Positions 51,163 to 64,000 of a stretch of DNA of 64,000 nt are shown here, in pieces. This DNA is from Callorhinchus milii (Eukaryota), in NCBI RefSeq assembly GCF_018977255.1, contig NW_024704742.1:9116001-9180000 (forward strand), in the 5' to 3' direction. Both the position numbers and the translations under genes were made by a program. Below the pieces are notes generated by a model. That model worked only from the letters and a program-made list of their open reading frames with translations. It was not told the origin of the DNA and ran no database searches. Each line of letters opens with the position of its first letter. Within the stretch, counting starts at the first letter, position 1.

Positions 51163-51405
51163 ATAAAATACTGCAGATGCTGGAAATCTGAAACAAAACA
51201 GAAGTCGCTGGTCACACATAGCAGGTCAGGCAGCATCTATGGAGAGAAAGGAAAGTGAGTTAATGTTTCAGGTCGATGACCTTTCGTCAGAACTGGTCGA
51301 AACTTCTGACGAAAGGTCATCTACCTGAAGCGTTAACTCACTTTCCTCTCTCTCCATAGATGCTGCCTGACCCACTGAGTGTTCCCAGCGACTTCTGTTT
51401 TTATT
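51163..51405. mobile_element. Palindromic non-autonomous element, probably Penelope-like-element derived, with a minimal hammerhead motif in each arm
   Basis: Arms 51191-51292 and 51304-51405 are reverse complements with an 11-nt spacer. Each arm reads CTGACGA-AAGGTC-ATC-(G/T)ACCT-GAA(A/G)-C(G/A)TT-AACT. Confidence 0.7.
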
Positions 51406-53737
51406 AGTGACTACGGGAGTCTGCCAACAGACTGATTCTCCTATGCATAGCTGGTGAAGGACTAACATGCTAACTGTCTGTGCCATCGAATATCATACCT
51501 ATTCTGCTGTACTACTGTTTCTAAGCCAATATGTGATAATATGCAGAGCATTACAGCCTTTTAAACAAAAACTGAGTAATTGGTTCACATGTTTTAGGAA
51601 AATCCTATTTGTGGCAAGAGCAGTTAAATTGTAGTTTGGTGGTTAATAGTAGGCAATGAATGGCTGTACATTCTAAAACAGGTGTAATTTAAATTAAATT
51701 TGTGTAGAACCTTTCTTGTTGGACGTCCTCCCGACCTGAAAGGTCGTACACAAATGTAATGTTGTTGTTGTTAATAGTAGACATGAATTTCTGTATATTC
51801 TCAAACAGGTGTAATCTAAATCCTATAAGTGTTCAATTAAGCAGAAAATAATATTTGATATATTCAATGTGAATTGATGCCTTTCGCTAAACATTTTGTT
51901 TAATATATTTTTTTACACACGCACATACAACGCACTCCCCATCTTCACCATCTTTTTCTTCCCGGCAAATTTAGTTCCCTACTTTTAGAACATTTTCCTG
52001 GATCAGGAAAGCAGAGCGGGCCAAGATAACAACAACAACAAATTACATTTGCACAGCGGTTTTCACGTCAGGATGAAGTCCCAAAGCTCTGAAAGGCAAA
52101 GCAAGCCCATGAATTTTCACAGATGTGGTGTGTATTGCTGAGCCAAGCTGATGAGAGGCCCAGTTGAACTGTGTAGTCAGTCTCAGTCCAGCCTTTCTCT
52201 CTTCCTGCCAATCCACAAAATGGCCAAGACTGGAGGAACCTTTCCTTAAGCCAGGACTTGAGTGGGATTGCCAAATGACACCAGTTAAGGTCTCTGGCAC
52301 TGGAGAATTCAACTCTCCTTATGCAGTGACTGGACTTCTCTTAGACGCACAATCATTCAAGGTCTTTAAAAGGGAGAGAGAGAGATCTGGAAAGTAAAGA
52401 TATTAAGAAATGTGGGGGAAATGCAGGGAAATTAAATGGGATTAAAAGATCTGGCATGATCTGATCAACAATATTAGATTTATACAGCTCCTTTCCTGTT
52501 GGGAGGACATCTGAAAGTGCTTTACTTTGTGTCTGAAACATGCGGAAACTCACCACCGTGCTTAAGAGTATCCAAACCAAATTGAGATTTTCATACATCC
52601 CACCTACACATGGAAATCCCAAAAATAGATTGTTGGAATCGAATGCGCACTCTCTCCCTGGAGGGACACATCCTGTTTACCTAATTCTGTACACACAAAT
52701 ATTAAGATGATCCTAGTGTGGTGGTGGGGGGGGGGACTGAGGAAGCTTGGGAGAAGGGAAGGTGACCGAAAATACAGTGGAAAAGAAAGTGCTTTTAAGG
52801 TGGGGAGGGAGGGGTGAGGTGGAGGGAATCCTAGATGGAGTTCCAGAGGCAGTGAGGCTGAAAACTGACCCACTGATGGTCTGGCAGTTGGCATGAATCA
52901 GGCTGATGTTTGCTGAGCAGAGGGTGTGACGGGAATAGTAAACTCTCAGCACAAGCTCGATGAGCCACATGGCCTCCTCCTTCCTGTGGATTCCCTCGTT
53001 TCAAACACATTTACCATGACTGCGTACACCTTAACCTTACTTTGTCCTTTTTGAAACGAGACGGGATAATTTGGGTCAAGTTTCTGCAGTATTAGGACCA
53101 CCTTGTTTCATGCGGGATAAAATGAACATTCAAGTGGACACTTGAAAAGCTATATACTGGAAGACTTGAAGGAAGGCCCGATTACGATCCTAGCTGAAGG
53201 ATATCAAGTTACAGTTTCTTATTCATTATTTCCTTCACACAAAAAAATGTAATGAGCCAAAGGTGTCTTGATTCCTGTACTACCTCCTTTTTTTGGTTGA
53301 GTGAATGAATTGGTTCAGATTAAAGTGCCCTGGTGTGAAGTGCTGCTGTGATTCACGACAGTTCTGCTTTCCTTTCTAATCCCTTAATGCCGTCTCTCAC
53401 AGCTGCCAAGAGCTGAACTCCTCTGTGTGTAGCCGCAAAGAGCATGTGTCTGAACAAACAATAGATTTTGCAAAACAAATCTCTGATATTTATGCTGGGA
53501 CTTCCCCAGTGATTTCACCCTGTGGCTGTGGTGTCAGTGCTTTAGGTTGAGTAGGACTTCTCTTCAATTCCTTGATCCACATAAAATTGCTACGTTGTTC
53601 AAAATGAGCCTCAGTCGGTGAGCCTCAGGCAGTATTATCAATCTCAGAATCAAACAAGTTCTGGTTGATTTTGAGCTGGTTAATGTCAGCATTGTATTCA
53701 ACCGCGGTATTCTCTGCAGATTAAACTAATTGCACGT

Positions 53738-54066
53738 GTCAACCTGTCCACTCCCTCCGCTCAGCGGACTCCGCTCAGCCTACTCCACGTACCCCGACTG
53801 GCCCCACCACACCATGGGCAGTCGGACCTTCAGCCCCTCTGCCCCCACCCTTTGGAACTCCATCCCACATTCCTTTCGCCTCGCTCCCTCCCTTGCCTCC
53901 TTCAAGGCATGTCTCAAAACCCTCCTCTTTGACCACACCCACCTACCCTCCCTGTCCTCCACCCTTCCTGATCCTAAACCCCTGCTCGGTCCAAATCCCT
54001 GACGGTCCAGTGCCTTGGGACGTCCTCCCAATGTGAAGGCGCTATACAAATGTGATTTTGTGTTGT
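53738..54066 (+). mobile_element. L2 LINE 3' end
   Basis: GSRTFSPSAPTLWNSIP..FKACLKTLLF plus tail. Confidence 0.85.
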
Positions 54067-54259
54067 ATTATAGTTCAATATCTGGGAACATGAGTGGTTG
54101 ATATGCTCTGCCTCACCTTCAACAAATAATGATAAACGGGATCAGAGACACTGGTGGGAATAATTGCAGTAAATGAATTTATTAAAACTGTTCATTTGAA
54201 AATGATTTGATCAAAAAAATGAAAACCCAAAACATTGAGACTTTGTCTAGACTGACACT

Positions 54260-54575
54260 TCAGTGAAGTGCTGGGGTGTGGTGTTTAACTGAGGTCCTGT
54301 CTGTCTGGTCTAATAGATGTTAAGAATACTGTGGCACAATTTGAAGAGAAAAGAAAAAGAAAATTTGAAAAGTCTTCAGTGTCCTGGCCAACAATCCTCC
54401 AGATAAAATTGATCATTCACTTCATAACTGTTTATGGGATGTTTCTATGCACAAATTGGCTGCCACATTCACCTGCAAATATAATTATTGTACTTTACAG
54501 TAAATCTTGTGAAGTACTTTGAGACGTTTTGATGATGTGATGATGTGTTCTATCAAATATAAATATTATTCTCAT
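54260..54575 (+). mobile_element. Deu-domain SINE fragment
   Basis: GTGTCCTGGCCAACAATCC, TTTATGGGATGTTTCTATGCACAAATTGGCTGCC and tail. Confidence 0.65.
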
Positions 54576-55784
54576 TACAAGCGCTGTACCATTCTAGATT
54601 TCAATCCAGATTCTTTTTATTACCCATTTAGAATGAGGATCTATTCTAACTGTCAAGTCTAGTCTGTTGGGGGAAGGTAATCGGGATCTTCCTGGAACTG
54701 AAGTGCCTTTAGGATGAGTCTAGCAAAGCCAGGCAGATTGTTAGTAATTCAAGCCACTGTCGATAGTTGACTAGCTTGGCTTGTTTAGCAATAAGATTTG
54801 GAAGTGTGAAATATTCTGAACTCTGACAATCAAAGCTCAGAAGGGTTGTGTGACCCTGGGTGAACATGAGAAACTGTGCTGCATAAGAAACACTTTTCTT
54901 GGTCCTTGCAACTGTCACTTTCAGAGCACATCGGGTGATCCAAGACATTTTAAGAGACCGCATCTGAGTGGGGTCCAACTTGACTTTAGACTGCAAGGTC
55001 TCGAAAACGTGATAAGGTGCTATATCAAATGCATGGATTATGATTATTATTATTATTAACAGTGTGATTTCATGTGGTGCCAAGGTGCTCAACTTGAATC
55101 TCCTTTCAGTTCTTGATTCAACTTTGATTTGCCCTGGGAGAAAGGTTCATACTGAATCATCACAAAAACCACAGCATATGCTGGGCATCAGATGTGTAAT
55201 TCTACAGCTCCAATGTTTAGTAGCAAGTGCTTTCTACAGAGAATAATTGACGGGCTGCAGACCATTTCGTACTCTGCAAGACCAAAAATGTAGCTGGTTA
55301 GACTCCAGCAGTACCCCAACACACACTCATGTGTAGGTGGGATGCACAGAAATCTCAGCTTGGTTTGGATACTCTTAAGTACGGTGATGGGTTTCCATAA
55401 GGTTCAGCTGTACGGCTGAGCAAAAAAAAAAGAAAAACCTGAATACATTATAATGGTCAACTGAACCCATAAGAATAGTTCCCAAACCTTGAGTTGTTTC
55501 AGAGAATATTATTAGATATGTTTAAATATTTGGGTAATTTTATTCAGTTTTTGCAAGGGCTTGGATGCAGAGAGAGAGAGGGTGTGTGTCAGAGATTTTG
55601 GCAGAGTTCCAGGGAATGGGGTAAAGTAGCTGAAGGTTACCGAGTGTGAACATTCAGATTTTGTTTTAAATTGACAATATGGTCTAAATTGAGAGGTTTT
55701 CGAAGGTTGTGAATCTACTGTATGTAGTTCACATGGATACAAGTGGATGAAACGCTAAACTCTATCATTGTATTTAGTCCTACC

Positions 55785-56105
55785 TCTGTGACCCTTATCA
55801 ACCTGTCCGTTCCCGCCGCTCAGCAGACTCCGGCCTGCTCCACGTTATCCGCATGGCCCACCCCACCATCTCCGGTCGGGCCTTCATCCTCTCAGCCCCC
55901 ACCGCTTGCAACTCCACCCCACAATCCCTTCAACTCGCTCCCTCCCTTGCCTCCTTCAAGGCGTCTCAAGACCCTACTCTTTGACCGTGCTTTCGGCCAC
56001 CTTCCGTGCCCTCCACCCTCCCTTACTTCAATCCCCCCAGTGCCTTGTGACATCCTCCCAATGTGAACGGTGCTACACAATTGTAATTTCGTATTGTATT
56101 GTTCG
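55785..56105 (+). mobile_element. L2 LINE 3' end
   Basis: Same family as 53738-54066. Confidence 0.8.
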
Positions 56106-56222
56106 TATGTTTGCTATAGTTGGAGATTCAACTATTTCTGGATTTCTCAGTAATCCCTGCAGTGTGAATTATACTCATGGATCCATAATTACAGATTCTC
56201 ATTTGCCTTTGTATTCTGTGAG

Positions 56223-56599
56223 TAATAATAATAATATTAATCCTTACATTTGATATAGCACCTTATCACATCTTCGAGACGTCTCAAAGCGTTTCACAGA
56301 ATGTACTGTAAAGTGAATTGTCTGTATGTTTTATGGGTGAAACCCATCAGACAATTGTGCCCAGCAGTGTCCCATAAACAGTCGTGGATTGAGGTGACCA
56401 TTTTTCTTTTTTTTGATGGGATTATTACCCCCAGAAAAACAATCCGCCAATCAACTAACAACCGGGTTCTTACTTACTGTTAGGTGAACAGAGGCATGTA
56501 GAATAAGGAAACTTGCCCAACATTTCGCCCTGCTGGGAATTGAACCCAGGTCCTCTCGCTTGCGAGACAAGTGCTCGAACCACTGAGCTACAGGACTCC
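56223..56599 (-). mobile_element. tRNA-Ala-derived SINE, long subfamily, full length
   Basis: Reverse-complement match to the other long copies. Confidence 0.9.
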
Positions 56600-57846
56600 A
56601 TGTAGCTCTTGATAGGGTTCAACCAATGTGCCCTTATTTTGCTACAATCTTTTTTGCTGCCGAATAAATAGTGGCTTGGTCTCTTTCACACTGGTTATGA
56701 ATGAATACTATATCACGTGTGGGGTATAGTATCACAAGTAATACTATTGAATTTGTAGTCAGGAGAGGGGACGGGGCTATAAAACTTATTATTAAATCTG
56801 ATGTGTCTTAACGTATCGCTGTATTGTGCATGAGTTCTCCCTCCTGAGCCCAAAGTGCTTTTGTCATTACACCTAAACATCTGTTACCTTTGTCAAGTGA
56901 AGCCCATGAGCATTCTGTCTGCAATTTACATTAAAGGAACTTAAATATAGCTTAATGTTCGTGTGGGACTGCGTGGAGAGGATGCATAATGCTTTGAGAC
57001 GTCTCAAAGACGTGATAAGGTGTTATATCAAATGCAAGGATTATTATTATTATCATTATAATGATTCTCTAGGGTTATTTTCAGACTATGAATAGAACTA
57101 GCAACGAACTAATTGTCAAATTATGCACTTTAATACAAATGACTAAACTGTGTTGTGACAGAGGAGTCGTACTTGAGAGGTCTGGGGCTGTATTTTGCAG
57201 GAATATCTCAACAGGATTATCCATAGGTCAGGCAGACCTGTTGTGAATGCTGTCTGCTCACTGCACATACATCCTTTTACAGGTAGGTTCGGTATTAACA
57301 AGCTTGCAGCACTTCACAAACCTGCTGCTATTTAATTTTACATCTTATTGGGAGGTCCTCAAAATCCACTGGGACGTAATAATATATTACTTTACTGCAG
57401 TGTTACAGGAACGAGTGCAGATTGTGGGTTTAGAGTGAGGTTTTTGCGATATGTTGTAGTTTGGGATTGTTCGAGGCGGGAGAGTGAGCAAATTCACAGT
57501 GCAATTTTTTCAATTTCTGCATGAAGCACATCGTGAAAGCAAATGTAATTTTGTTGTTGTTGTTATGGTTAGTCATGCTCTCATTTAAAGCACAAACCAA
57601 TCTATTGTGTCTGACAGTTAAAGTGATGGAGACAATATTCCTGGTGACACTCCCTCCTACTATTGTATTCCAAAGAGCATTTCCAGACTTGTTACAGTTG
57701 GGCTGGCACAGTTGTAAGAATCATTTTTCATACACTCTCCTGTTCCCATTAATTGTTTTACAGCAAGGAATGTGTGTGAAGATGTGAAATGCAACAAGTT
57801 TCAGCATTCTAGGAATGCTTCAAATGAATAATTGTAATAGCATTTC

Positions 57847-58296
57847 TGTCAACCTGGCTCAGTTGGTAGCACTCTCGCCTTTGAGTTAGAAGGTGGTGGG
57901 TTCAAGCCACACATTGAGGGCTTTGAACTCTCACAGAGGTGACACAAATGCAGTCTTGGGGGGAGCGCTCAACAGCAACAACAACAACAACTGTCCTTCG
58001 GATGAGAGGTTAAAATGAGATCTCATTCCCCCTCCCACCCCGCTTTCAGAAGGATGTTAAAAATCCCATGACACTATTCAAAGAGAAGGGAGTTTTTCCC
58101 TGGCCAACAATCCCCTGAATAGAATTGGTCATTTGTTTCACGGTGTTTGTGGGACATTGCTGTGGTGCAAATTGACTGCTGTATTTGACCTTCAAAATAC
58201 GCAGTCACTACACTCCACGTTGAATCGTGTGAAGCGTTCTGAGACATCCTCTCGGTGTAAAAGGTGCTATATCAAAGGCAGTGGCTATTTTTATTA
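57847..58296 (+). mobile_element. Deu-domain SINE (SacSINE1/AmnSINE1-type), near full length
   Basis: TGGCTCAGTTGGTAGCACTCTCGCC head with GGTTCAAGCC B box, Deu block and tail. Confidence 0.8.
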
Positions 58297-59735
58297 CAAA
58301 CCCTAATTAGCTGCATGATGCGCGTATCACACTATCTCTGAACCGAGCTTCTGTTTTACTTAAATAATGTGGACAAACTGCAAAGTTCCACTTGACAAAT
58401 ATTTGCAGGGTAAGCTCCCTGCACTGAGCTCAATGATTTTTCTCTTCTAACACCCTTACCCTTTCTCAGTGCAATAGAAGGAATATATAGCTGAGAACAC
58501 AAGGATTGAATGTGTTTGAATAATATCGACAGCTAGGATTGCATTTAATAGAACTGGGTGGGGGTAGTGGTAAACTCCAGAACAGATTGCTGTTGTGTGC
58601 TCTCTGCTATTAACTTCAGCACTGTTTCATTTCCTTTGTCCTGGAATTACTTCCAGTGTGCACATTCTGACTGCTTGATAAAAGGTGCTCACCTTGGTGA
58701 TAATAATAACAATAATAATATTGATGTGCCTTTCTAATGGGAGTTTTCCTTTATAAGAGCATGTCAGCAAGGTTGGTAACTTTACGAAGCACTGGAAGTT
58801 CAAATCTTTCTCCCCCGTCCCTAATATTTTCTTTCTACCCCTCTTTACACACACATACACATACTTTGAGAGGTGACTGTGCCACTGATACCAATACTGC
58901 AGGTTTCCCACTCCTGCTTTGTAGGGACCATCTTCACACAATAGGGGACATCTCTATGTCCAGGAAATGGTTACAATTCATGAGTCTGGAAACGGCGCTC
59001 CGAGATGCTGTTCTGCATGCAGAACGCTATATAGCTGCAAGTTATTGTGGTGTGTTGGTTGTTGGTGTTCGGTGGTGTGTTGTGTCTAGGTTCACTGAAG
59101 TGAAGTTCATAAAAGATCACAAGAGAGGTCTCGATGGAAAAGGTTGCTGTCCCATTTGATCACATTTTCCAGAACAGTAAGCCCACAGCGTTCCCATTAC
59201 AGCACCACTACTGTAATTCACTTTACAGTATATTCTGTGAAGTCCTTAGAGATGTCTCAAAGATGTGATAAGGCACTACATCAAATGCAAGGATTATTAT
59301 TGTTATTATATAGCGCCCCTCACACAGGGTAGCAGCCCAGAGCATTCCAATGCAGTGCTGAGGAACTGCTGCATTGTCGGAGGTGCTGTCCTTCAGATGA
59401 GATGTTAAAGCAAGGCCCCATTTTGCTTGTTCAAGTGGACGTTAAACATCACATGGTGATGGTTCTCTGGATGTGTCAGACTTCCACGGACCAAAACAAC
59501 ATCACATAGAGAATGGTGGACATTTGGCGAGGTACTGGAAGGCAACCTGTGGGACTGTGAGAGTTATGTATTGAGGAGAAAGAGGACGTGATTGATGTGA
59601 TAAACTATTCATTTATTCGTGTTTTTGCCTTTCGTTCCTCTCCTTGAAATTGAAAGAACAGGGTCATCTGATATCTGGTCTCTATACTTGCCTGTGCCTT
59701 TCTGATAGAGTAAAATGAATATTTGAGATGACTAA

Positions 59736-59845
59736 AACATGAGGTGAATGAACATTTGACTTTAGCTGGTGATCACTGGATAGCTCAATTCAATACTGTA
59801 TTGAAGGCTAAATTGAAACCTAATAATACACAATGTATATGTAAT
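59736..59845 (+). repeat. About 110-bp segment duplicated at 49125-49233
   Basis: Near-identical direct copies. Confidence 0.9.
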
Positions 59846-61479
59846 CTCTGTCATCTCTGCCATTTGGATTCGTCAAGAACTTCTGTCCAATGATGGTTGT
59901 AAGATGTAATGTTGTGCTTCATGCCGTGTCTCCCTGCTAATAGCAAACTTGGCTACGTTGGCTTCTGTGGGTTTGGAATACCCATCAATGTTTTTTGAAT
60001 CAAAAGAGTCATTGCTTCCAACAGTTTGCGATAAGGCAGGGTCAGGTTATTAGTTGGAGCTAGATTAGAAGATCAGCCATGATTGAACGGCAGGGCAGGC
60101 TCGAAGGGCCGAATGGTTTACTCCTGCTCCTACATGTTATGTTATGTTATGAATTCTGATCTGTGCAAAACTTTAGCTTTTGATAACACAAAAGTCTGCA
60201 GTAATTTCCTCCCCCCACCCCCACCCCTCTTATTCCTACTGTCATCAGTTCAACATTGCGCTATGCTGGTATCCAGTGATGTAGCACACACAGCTTGGCC
60301 AATGGTGACATTTAGAGCAAAGTATGGGAAATAATGGATTTGTTCCTGCAATTTATAGTCGTAAAACTCAGCAGAGAAGGAGGCCATTTGACTTATCGAA
60401 CCTTTGTTGGTAGTAGGTCTCTGATGCTCATCACTCTAATCCCAATTCCTGGCTCCATAACCTTTTATATGCAGGTTAACGGAGTTAACCTTCAACCTGA
60501 TATTTCAGAGAAATATTAAACAGAAGTACTGAATAATGTTGCACTTAAATGCATTGTAGAAGAAATACTCGAGGCCAAGATTACTGAAAAAAAATGTTAT
60601 TGCACTTTTTATGTCTGACATTTTGTCCTTAAGATATAATAATGTCCAGGATATCCAATTCTGTTTTTTTAAAAATACATGTAGTCTCCAACCCTTCTCC
60701 ACAAGTCAGACTGTTCGTAGTTTCACCCTTTCTTTTAGAATGAATGTTTGAAATGGAAATAGTGTGTGATTAATGTAAAGCTAATTGAAGAGGCTTTGAA
60801 TGTGAATTGTTCTTGCTGAAAATTGGTAATATCATTCCAGTCATTGCTTCATTTGACTAAAGAATTTCATCAGCTAATGCTCTTGAGTGATTACAAACGT
60901 GTGTAAAATTTTAAGGTAACCAACTTGTTTTGCCAGAGCTCTCTTGCTCTCTGAAGAAACGCAATTTGTACTTCTCTCTTTGAAACCTGCCTCTTTTTTT
61001 ACTAAAACTGGAACGGTAATTTGGGAGTCAGTGGATGCCCAAATTAGATACAAACAAATGAATGCAATATTGACAGATATATTTAATGTACCTGCTTTCC
61101 TCTGTTGACTACTTGCTCTCCAGGTGAATGAGGTCTGAGCAGAAATGTCAGTCAAGACAAAGTGAAATATTATCACTTCATGAGAGAGATCAATCGTGGT
61201 ATTTCACTGGCAGAGTCTGTATCCACAACTTTTAAGGGACAAGATTTCTCAGGGACTTGTCGTTCACCAGTATTTTGGGACGTTCTCCTGACTTGAAAGA
61301 CACTATACAAATGTAATTTGTTCTTGCCCTTCAGATGACAGATTAAACTAAGGTCCCGTCTGCCTTTTCAGATTGACGTTAAAGGTCCCACAGCACTATT
61401 TGAAAAAAGAAGGGAATTTCTTCTCCCACTGTCCTGGCCAACAATTCCCCAGATATAATTTACCATTCACTTCACAATT

Positions 61480-61808
61480 GTGTATTTGCAGGTAAACGCG
61501 CCAGTCAATTTGTGCACAGCAATGTCCCACAAACAGCCATGAAGTGACTGATCAATTTATATATGAACAATTGTTGGCTAGGGCACCAGGAGAAACTCCA
61601 AACAGTATCTTGGGATTTTGAATGTCCACCTAAACAGGCAGACAGAACGTCTTTCTAATATCTCATGCAAAGGACAGCTCCTCCAATGACAATATTGCAC
61701 AGCCTCAGCAATGGATGAGAATCTCAGCCTAGACTGTGTAGAGTTCAAAGTCCCAACATGGGGCTTCAACCTTCTGACTGAAAGGCGAGAGAGTTACCAA
61801 CTGAACTA
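61480..61808 (-). mobile_element. Deu-domain SINE, adjacent to an opposite-strand fragment at about 61325-61475
   Basis: Head (GAGAGTTACCAACTGA on +) and Deu block. Confidence 0.7.
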
Positions 61809-62399
61809 GAATCACTTCAGTAAAGGGTTAATTTAAAATCCTCATCACTGCCCAAACCTTAGATGTCTTGATGCAAGATTTTAAAAAAAATTTGGTCGAT
61901 CATTAATCTTCCTTAAAACTGCCAGTCAGGTGTATTCAGAAGTGCTTTTAAAGATACTTTCACTTTCAGCATTAAGGATGACAGGAACATTATTGGTGCC
62001 TGCTTAGTGAAGGAAAGGTTCTGAAAATATTATTTCATGTAAAATCTTTTGACTCAGGCAAGCGCAACAAATCTCTTGAGCTTTAAGACCTACAGTTCAA
62101 AGAAGGTCTGGTTTTAACAGACCGTATAAGCAACATTAGTCGTGTACCATGACTGAGCTGCACTACGTGAATGGTTTATTCATATCTGAACATGACGCAT
62201 AGTTCAAGAAGTCACGACCCAAACATTTCTGTAATGGAAGCAAAGTTTAAAAACAACCTTCACCTTCCCTAGGGACAAGAAGTGGTCCATATCCCCCAGT
62301 CTGTATCTCTGGATTCCAGTTCCTGAATGTATTCAAGGATGCATCTAGTGTAATGAGGCATTTAGATAATTGTAGACCTGGTTGTTTATTTCTCTTAGG

Positions 62400-62640
62400 A
62401 GACTGAAAGAAACTCCCGTCTCTTTTAGAACAGTGCCTTGGCATCTTTAACGTCCACCCAAACAGGCAGATATGACCTTGGTTAACATCCCATCCGGAAG
62501 ATGCCACTTCCAACCACTTTGTGCTCTCAGCACTATAGTGGAGTATAATCTTAGATTTTGAGTTTAAAGTCCCAATATTCGTCTTGAACACACAACCTTA
62601 TTATTCAGCAGAGGCAAGAATGCTACCAACTGAGTCAGAT
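62400..62640 (-). mobile_element. Deu-domain SINE, 5' half
   Basis: TGCTACCAACTGAGTCAG head on + and a TTAACGTCCACC block. Confidence 0.65.
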
Positions 62641-62682
62641 CAATCAATTTTTGATGCTTGTCTATGAAGGCAATTATAAAAT

Positions 62683-62991
62683 TAATAATCCTTGCATTTG
62701 ATATAGCGCTTTTCACATCTTCTAGATGTCTCAAAGCGCTTCACAGAATAGACTGTAAAGTGAATTGACTGTATTTTTTGTGGGCGAAATGCGGCAGCCA
62801 ATTGCGCACAGCAGTGTCCCACAAACAGTTGTGGTTTGAAGTGACCAATTTATTGTTGTTTTTTTTTCTTGAGGAATTATTATCAGTCGTGTGGAGTAAG
62901 GAAACTTGCTCAAGGTTTCACCCTGCTGGGAATTGAACCCAGATCTTTCGCATGTAAAGCGAGTACTCTAACCACTGAGCTACAGGATTCC
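62683..62991 (-). mobile_element. tRNA-Ala-derived SINE, short subfamily
   Basis: Full head to tail with the same deletion junction near 62885. Confidence 0.9.
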
Positions 62992-64000
62992 ATATTTCTA
63001 GTCAATAAATGTTGCTTGCTTTCAAAGGTGAGACAAAGCAGTGTGTAACTTTTGTAGTGATTGTCCTTCCTGATGCTTGTTTGCTTCTTAACTCAGAAAC
63101 TCAGTTTCTTCTAGTTTGCTGATCTTCAATCCTCTGGATAAAATTGGTCATTCACTTCATGGCTGTTGATGAGTCATTTCTTTGTACAAATTAGCTGTTG
63201 CATTTGCCTACAGATACACAGTCATTACACTTTATGTAAAGCATGTGATTCAATTTGAGGCAGTTCAATTATGTGATAATATAATAATAATCTTTGCATT
63301 TGATATAGTGCCTTATCCCCTCTTTGAGACTTCTCAAAGTACTTCACAGAATATACTGTAAAGTGTAGTGACTGCATATTGTGTGGGCGAAACAAAGGTG
63401 TTGTATTAATTGTAGCTATTATTATTTTTATTGTATATTTTATTACACTGGAAAGAAGCTTGAAAACCTGTGCTTGTGGTTACTCCAGCTGCTCTGGCTG
63501 GTTGTGTAAGTGTTTTTGGTGGGATGTAAAATGGCTATTAAGTAGAATGATGGTTCACTTCGAAGCCAAACCAAAACTATTTGTGTGGAATGTCCATTGA
63601 TTGGTTTAGCAGGTTAATCAATGTCACCCTTGAGTACATTTCCAGTGCAACAGAAATTTCCAGTTCAGCAATCCTTAAATTTTACCTGTGTGCCGAATGT
63701 TAATGTATATAATGCAGTCTGTCACACAAATTTGTGGAAAATGCTCTCAATAGCTCTGTCTATTTCCTTCACAACTGGAAACAATTGCCTTATTATTCAA
63801 TTGTGTTCACCGGGAGTCATGTCTGTCCAACGGTCTTCAATCAATGTCACTCCAGGACTATTTTTAAGTATTGTCGGTACTATTTATTTTTATTGAAAAT
63901 ATAATGTATTTTGTAAAAGGCTGAAACCGTGACTCTGTGATTTATGGCTTTGTCTCAGCTGAGCACCTTATTAATACAGCCTTATTACTCACATCCAACT

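Larger units (their letters stand above)
11378..64000 (+). other. Large intron of the neuregulin gene, continuing past the window end
   Basis: Consensus donor GTAAGT at 11378-11383. No Ig-domain exon recognised downstream by eye or in the ORF track; the region is dominated by SINE/LINE debris. Confidence 0.65.

Overview
Vertebrate nuclear DNA. The repeat complement (Deu-domain SINEs, L2 and CR1 LINE debris, a Penelope-type palindrome) points to a cartilaginous fish; this is an inference from repeat families. One protein-coding exon is recognisable: 10720-11377 (+). It encodes a signal peptide, a Thr/Ala-rich repeat and the N-terminal domain shared by neuregulin-1 type II (GGF2) and neuregulin-2, and ends at a phase-1 GTAAGT donor. 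I found no following Ig-domain exon, so 11378-64000 appears to be one intron of more than 52 kb. The rest is repeat-rich noncoding DNA: a tRNA-Ala-headed SINE in long and short subfamilies, an older Deu-domain SINE, 5'-truncated L2 and CR1 fragments, two minisatellites, a G-rich tract and several short duplications. The most notable items are (i) a ~215-bp palindrome at 51191-51405 whose arms each carry a minimal hammerhead-ribozyme motif, (ii) the divergent neuregulin exon with three perfect 27-nt ATAAKATAT repeats, and (iii) a modular tRNA+CORE-like+Deu+L2-tail SINE whose 3' stem-loop covaries across four tail types. Almost all other listed ORFs are repeat-derived or spurious. Repeat boundaries were read by eye and are approximate. 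Family names rest on recalled consensus sequences, not on database searches.
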